A DNA stretch of 63,982 bases, the filler included, from Globobulimina sp. (lineage: Eukaryota), in NCBI GenBank assembly GCA_003354225.1. It is 32 parts of 32 records of this genome, joined end to end, with 100 filler letters (N's around TTAATTAATTAA, not from the genome) between each part and the next. Parts side by side here need not be neighbours in the genome. Positions count along the whole stretch, not along the records: positions 60,081 to 61,981 come from PIVH01010759.1; positions 62,082 to 63,982 come from PIVH01010760.1; 30 more parts are not named here. One strand, 5' to 3'. A program made the position numbers and the translations under genes. The notes beneath the pieces are model-generated. The model saw only the letters and a program-made list of their open reading frames with translations, made no database searches and was not told where the DNA came from. Below are positions 60,796-63,982 of this stretch, in pieces (position 1 is the first letter of the stretch; each line of letters begins with the position of its first letter).

Positions 60796-61443
60796 GGGTC
60801 GAATAATATATATATATATTATTTGAGATAATATATCAAAGAAATGGTGGACCTGTATCTGGAATTTTTTCTGCCACGAAATTGAAAATACTGTACAAAG
60901 TCTAAGTGTTCTTATAATCCATAATTTAGTTAAATGGTGATGCTTTATTTCAAAGATTTATCAAAATGAAATAAATGTGCCAAAAAACGGAACACATAGT
61001 TTATTAAAAAAGATTTTGCTGATATTAAACATTACATTACCCATTGCCATGTACACCATTTCTTTACTATATTGTATAGTTTAAGCCCCGTTTAATCGTC
61101 GGAAATGTGTTATGCAATGTTACAATATTATTGATTTCTCTTTGCGTCAGTTGAATGATTTGTTTAGACATGGGTGTTCCTGCTAAGATGTACGTATTGG
61201 ATCGAAATATATATATATATATTATTTGAGACAATCAGCTAGATAAGCCATCCATTTTGTATATGATTCAGGTGACAACAATGAAGCTGATAAATTTGCA
61301 AAAGCTTCATAGTTTTGCAATAAACTTCATAGTTTTGCACCTCCGCCAAATGCAGCTGCTATTTTTTGTAAATGTATTCATAATTCGACTAGTAACCATT
61401 TCTTTAATATATCATCTCAAATAATATATATATTATTCAACCT
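60796..61443. mobile_element. TA-flanked MITE / non-autonomous Tc1-mariner-type element (about 650 bp)
   Basis: About 50-bp imperfect TIRs (GGGTCGAATAAT(AT)nTATTTGAGATAATATATCAAAGAAATGGT at 60796-60848; reverse complement at 61395-61443); TA on both sides; no ORF. Confidence 0.65.
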
Positions 61444-62376
61444 TATTTGCAGTATATGTAAATGCAGTATATATATTATTCGATGCTATATATATTATAG
61501 GAAACGCAGTATATGTACAATTGGATGCAAAAAAAATGGAATTTGAATACAAATAATACCATGCCAACACAAATAGTCAACACAACACAACACAGCAAAC
61601 ATACATAAACAACACAAATGATTGTAATGCATTACAAATACTAGACGAAAAATACATTTACAAAACTTTCCAGCTCAGCAAAATACATTTACAAAATACT
61701 AGAGGCTTATTCAGCTCAGCAACAACAGCGAGAAACGCATATTTTATTTGGATTTTATGGAATGAGACTCATTCCACAAAAAATGGGTAATTAAAAGAAA
61801 TTGTATGCGATGTTGAGGCTAATTCAGCTCAGCAACAACAGCGAGAAAATTTGAAAAAATGGGAAAAAATGAAGGAATGGATAACGGTCTTTGGTGACCA
61901 CGAATTAAAGGAAAAAAATGAAAAAAGTGGAAAAAAAGCTGGTGGTCTGGGAAGACCACAAACTGAATGAAAAAAATGAAANNNNNNNNNNNNNNNNNNN
62001 NNNNNNNNNNNNNNNNNNNNNNNNNTTAATTAATTAANNNNNNNNNNNNNNNNNNNNNNNNNNNNNNNNNNNNNNNNNNNNGCATGGTTTTGGAAACAAA
62101 TCTAAATCAAATTATGAATTGCGTTTATGGAATGAAAAAATATGAGAAATTATCCAAATCTGCTGCCAAAAAAAACGTCACCAAATTAAAATCGCATGTT
62201 TAGCTAATTATTAATTATAACGTATTTTTATTGTAACACATAATAAGTGCAAGGACATCGAGATCGTTTTTTAAGTATGACTATAAAGCTACTTTTTTAC
62301 TTGTAGCCACAAAAACGTTAAAAAAGTGCGTAGCAATGCGAGGTGATTAATTAAATAAATAATAATTCCTAACAAT

Positions 62377-63831
62377 TCATATGCTTGATCGTTTTCTTCC
62401 ATATTTTATTAAAATCCTGATTTCTTTCATAGTTAATCTGAACAATAACGCAGCCGATGACAATAACAAAACAGCTAAAACAGCAAATACCAGATCCCAG
62501 GATTCATTTGACATTAAAGCAACAACATACTGACAAATTGCAGCGCCAAAAGATCCGGTTCCATCAATAATGCCCGCCACTGTTGCTAATGCCGCAGTGT
62601 TGCCCATCAATGATTTATGTTTGCCTAAATCTGCAGAAATGGCGGAAGATATCATATTTGCTGGTCCTCCAACAAAAAATCCTGCCAAAAATGACAAGAT
62701 ACCAAAAAAATATGCAGACGTTGAGTTAATTCGTAACAGAAATATTGGTGGGATTGCAATCAATAAAAATGCAAATACCGGAGGTGCTCTCCTCCGCAAA
62801 TAATCTGAGATGCAGCCGCAAGCCCATCCGCCTAAAATTTGTCCAACATTGTAGACAATGGATACATTATCACTCACAGTCTCACTAAATACATCATTCA
62901 GAAAGTAGGGTAACCAAAAAAACATTGTATAGTTGACTGACTTTAAAAACGCATAACAGAATGCATAGGTTAGCACATTTGGCAAAAATAACGCATCCCA
63001 AAACGAAACATTTTCTTGAATACCAATATCGATATTAATTCTATTACAATTGTCTGAGTGTTGTATTAATGGCTCCTCTGTACTGCAGACAGCATTTATC
63101 GCAGCCCCTTCCTCAACGCGATCATTGTCATTGATGAGTGATGATACATTCTGCTGATCATTGTCGTGGATGTTATCATTTATTATTATGTGGTGTGGAG
63201 CCTGTTGAGGAACAACGATGCCCCATTTTGATGGGTCGGTTCTTACGCATGTTATAATTAAAAAGGAACAGAAACATATTTGGGCGGCAGGTAAATAAAA
63301 CATCCATTCATCACTATATTTGTTTGTCTGTACATATGATACCATGGCAGCACCAACAATATTGCCAACAGATGCATTTGCCGACCAAATACCAAATATA
63401 AATCCAGAATGAGTGTCACCAAACCATTTGCTCATAATCTTAACAGACAGAGGCCAGCCCGTACTTTGTACCAAGCCATTTAATATCCATAAGAGTATGA
63501 AATAATAATTATGATGAACATGAAATAACGGAACTAATGAACCAAAGATGAAAATTATAATTCCGGTCAGGAATAAACCAAATGATAATACTTTTGTTGC
63601 ATCAAATAAATCGCCAATATAACCACTGACATATAATCCGATGGCATAGGCAAATAAAAAAACGGCATCCATTGTTCCTTCTAATGGATATTTAGTGAAT
63701 CCCCAGTCGTCAATCATGTTTTGTTTAGCACTTGAATAGGTTTGTCTTGATGCGTGCAGCGCAGCGTACGCCCAAAATGTTGCGGCAAAAACAATGCATC
63801 GATGTATACACAGTCTAGATAAAGTTGACAT
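62377..63831 (-). CDS. SLC37/GlpT-family sugar-phosphate exchanger (MFS)
   Basis: HASRQTYS, FLFAYAIG..SG.IGD, NGLVQSTGWP, GIWSANASVGNI, LKSVNY..FFWLP, GGPANMISSAISADLG, TVAGIIDGTGS. Confidence 0.93.
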   Translation of the reverse strand: MSTLSRLCIHRCIVFAATFWAYAALHASRQTYSSAKQNMIDDWGFTKYPLEGTMDAVFLFAYAIGLYVSGYIGDLFDATKVLSFGLFLTGIIIFIFGSLVPLFHVHHNYYFILLWILNGLVQSTGWPLSVKIMSKWFGDTHSGFIFGIWSANASVGNIVGAAMVSYVQTNKYSDEWMFYLPAAQICFCSFLIITCVRTDPSKWGIVVPQQAPHHIIINDNIHDNDQQNVSSLINDNDRVEEGAAINAVCSTEEPLIQHSDNCNRINIDIGIQENVSFWDALFLPNVLTYAFCYAFLKSVNYTMFFWLPYFLNDVFSETVSDNVSIVYNVGQILGGWACGCISDYLRRRAPPVFAFLLIAIPPIFLLRINSTSAYFFGILSFLAGFFVGGPANMISSAISADLGKHKSLMGNTAALATVAGIIDGTGSFGAAICQYVVALMSNESWDLVFAVLAVLLLSSAALLFRLTMKEIRILIKYGRKRSSI

Positions 63832-63982
63832 TGTAAAACAAAATATATTTGAGAAATTGACTAGTGCTAACTAACTTTTTTCTAAGTACTAATACTTAAA
63901 ACTTCAAAAAGCACCTAGTCAATTGCCTGCTGGGAGCGTGGATTAATTAAAAGTACTCATTCCACTCCTCCCCTGACATGAA

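Noticed and set aside
60081..61850. CRISPR-like array
   Set aside because: No constant repeat with unique spacers; direct repeats (about 28 bp at 60443/60485, about 34 bp at 61702/61815) occur only twice; no cas genes
1905..62081. Regularly spaced TTAATTAATTAA repeat resembling an array
   Set aside because: Embedded in N runs; artificial six-frame-stop linker

Overview
This is not one contiguous locus. It is 32 unrelated contigs of about 1.9 kb (1904 bp falling to 1901 bp, i.e. size-sorted), joined by artificial 100-bp linkers (44N-TTAATTAATTAA-44N), so adjacency across linkers has no biological meaning. Most contigs come from an AT-rich eukaryote with the standard code and short (mostly about 52-95 nt) GT-AG introns. 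The gene families (TRAF-type zinc finger + repeat proteins, TLDc, Cys-rich surface repeats) suggest a rhizarian/foraminiferan protist, but this is inference. Recognisable host genes or fragments: DENR, ABHD17, RPS15, FN3-TLDc, SMYD, MFSD1-like, TPS/TPP, AprA/PqaA, HPS5-like, vWA, PiT, Sfi1-like, ABCA, pentameric ligand-gated channel, C2H2, BTB-BACK, PITH, RCC1 and SLC37. Mobile DNA includes two non-LTR retrotransposon 3' ends, an intron-containing DD34E Tc1/IS630 transposase, Helitron- and MULE-like ORFs, and a TA-flanked MITE. One contig is a bacteriophage replication module (PolB, VRR-NUC, SNF2 start) carrying a predicted antisense small RNA. Several contigs contain abrupt prokaryote/eukaryote or strand-switch junctions typical of whole-genome-amplification chimeras. 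Best leads: introns that are mostly fold-back hairpins, the phage antisense sRNA unit, a PHTF/7TM ion-channel-like protein, a tandem DUF5654-like membrane protein, and a zinc-finger + Gig2-like ADP-ribosyltransferase. No complete new multi-gene system can be demonstrated from these fragments.
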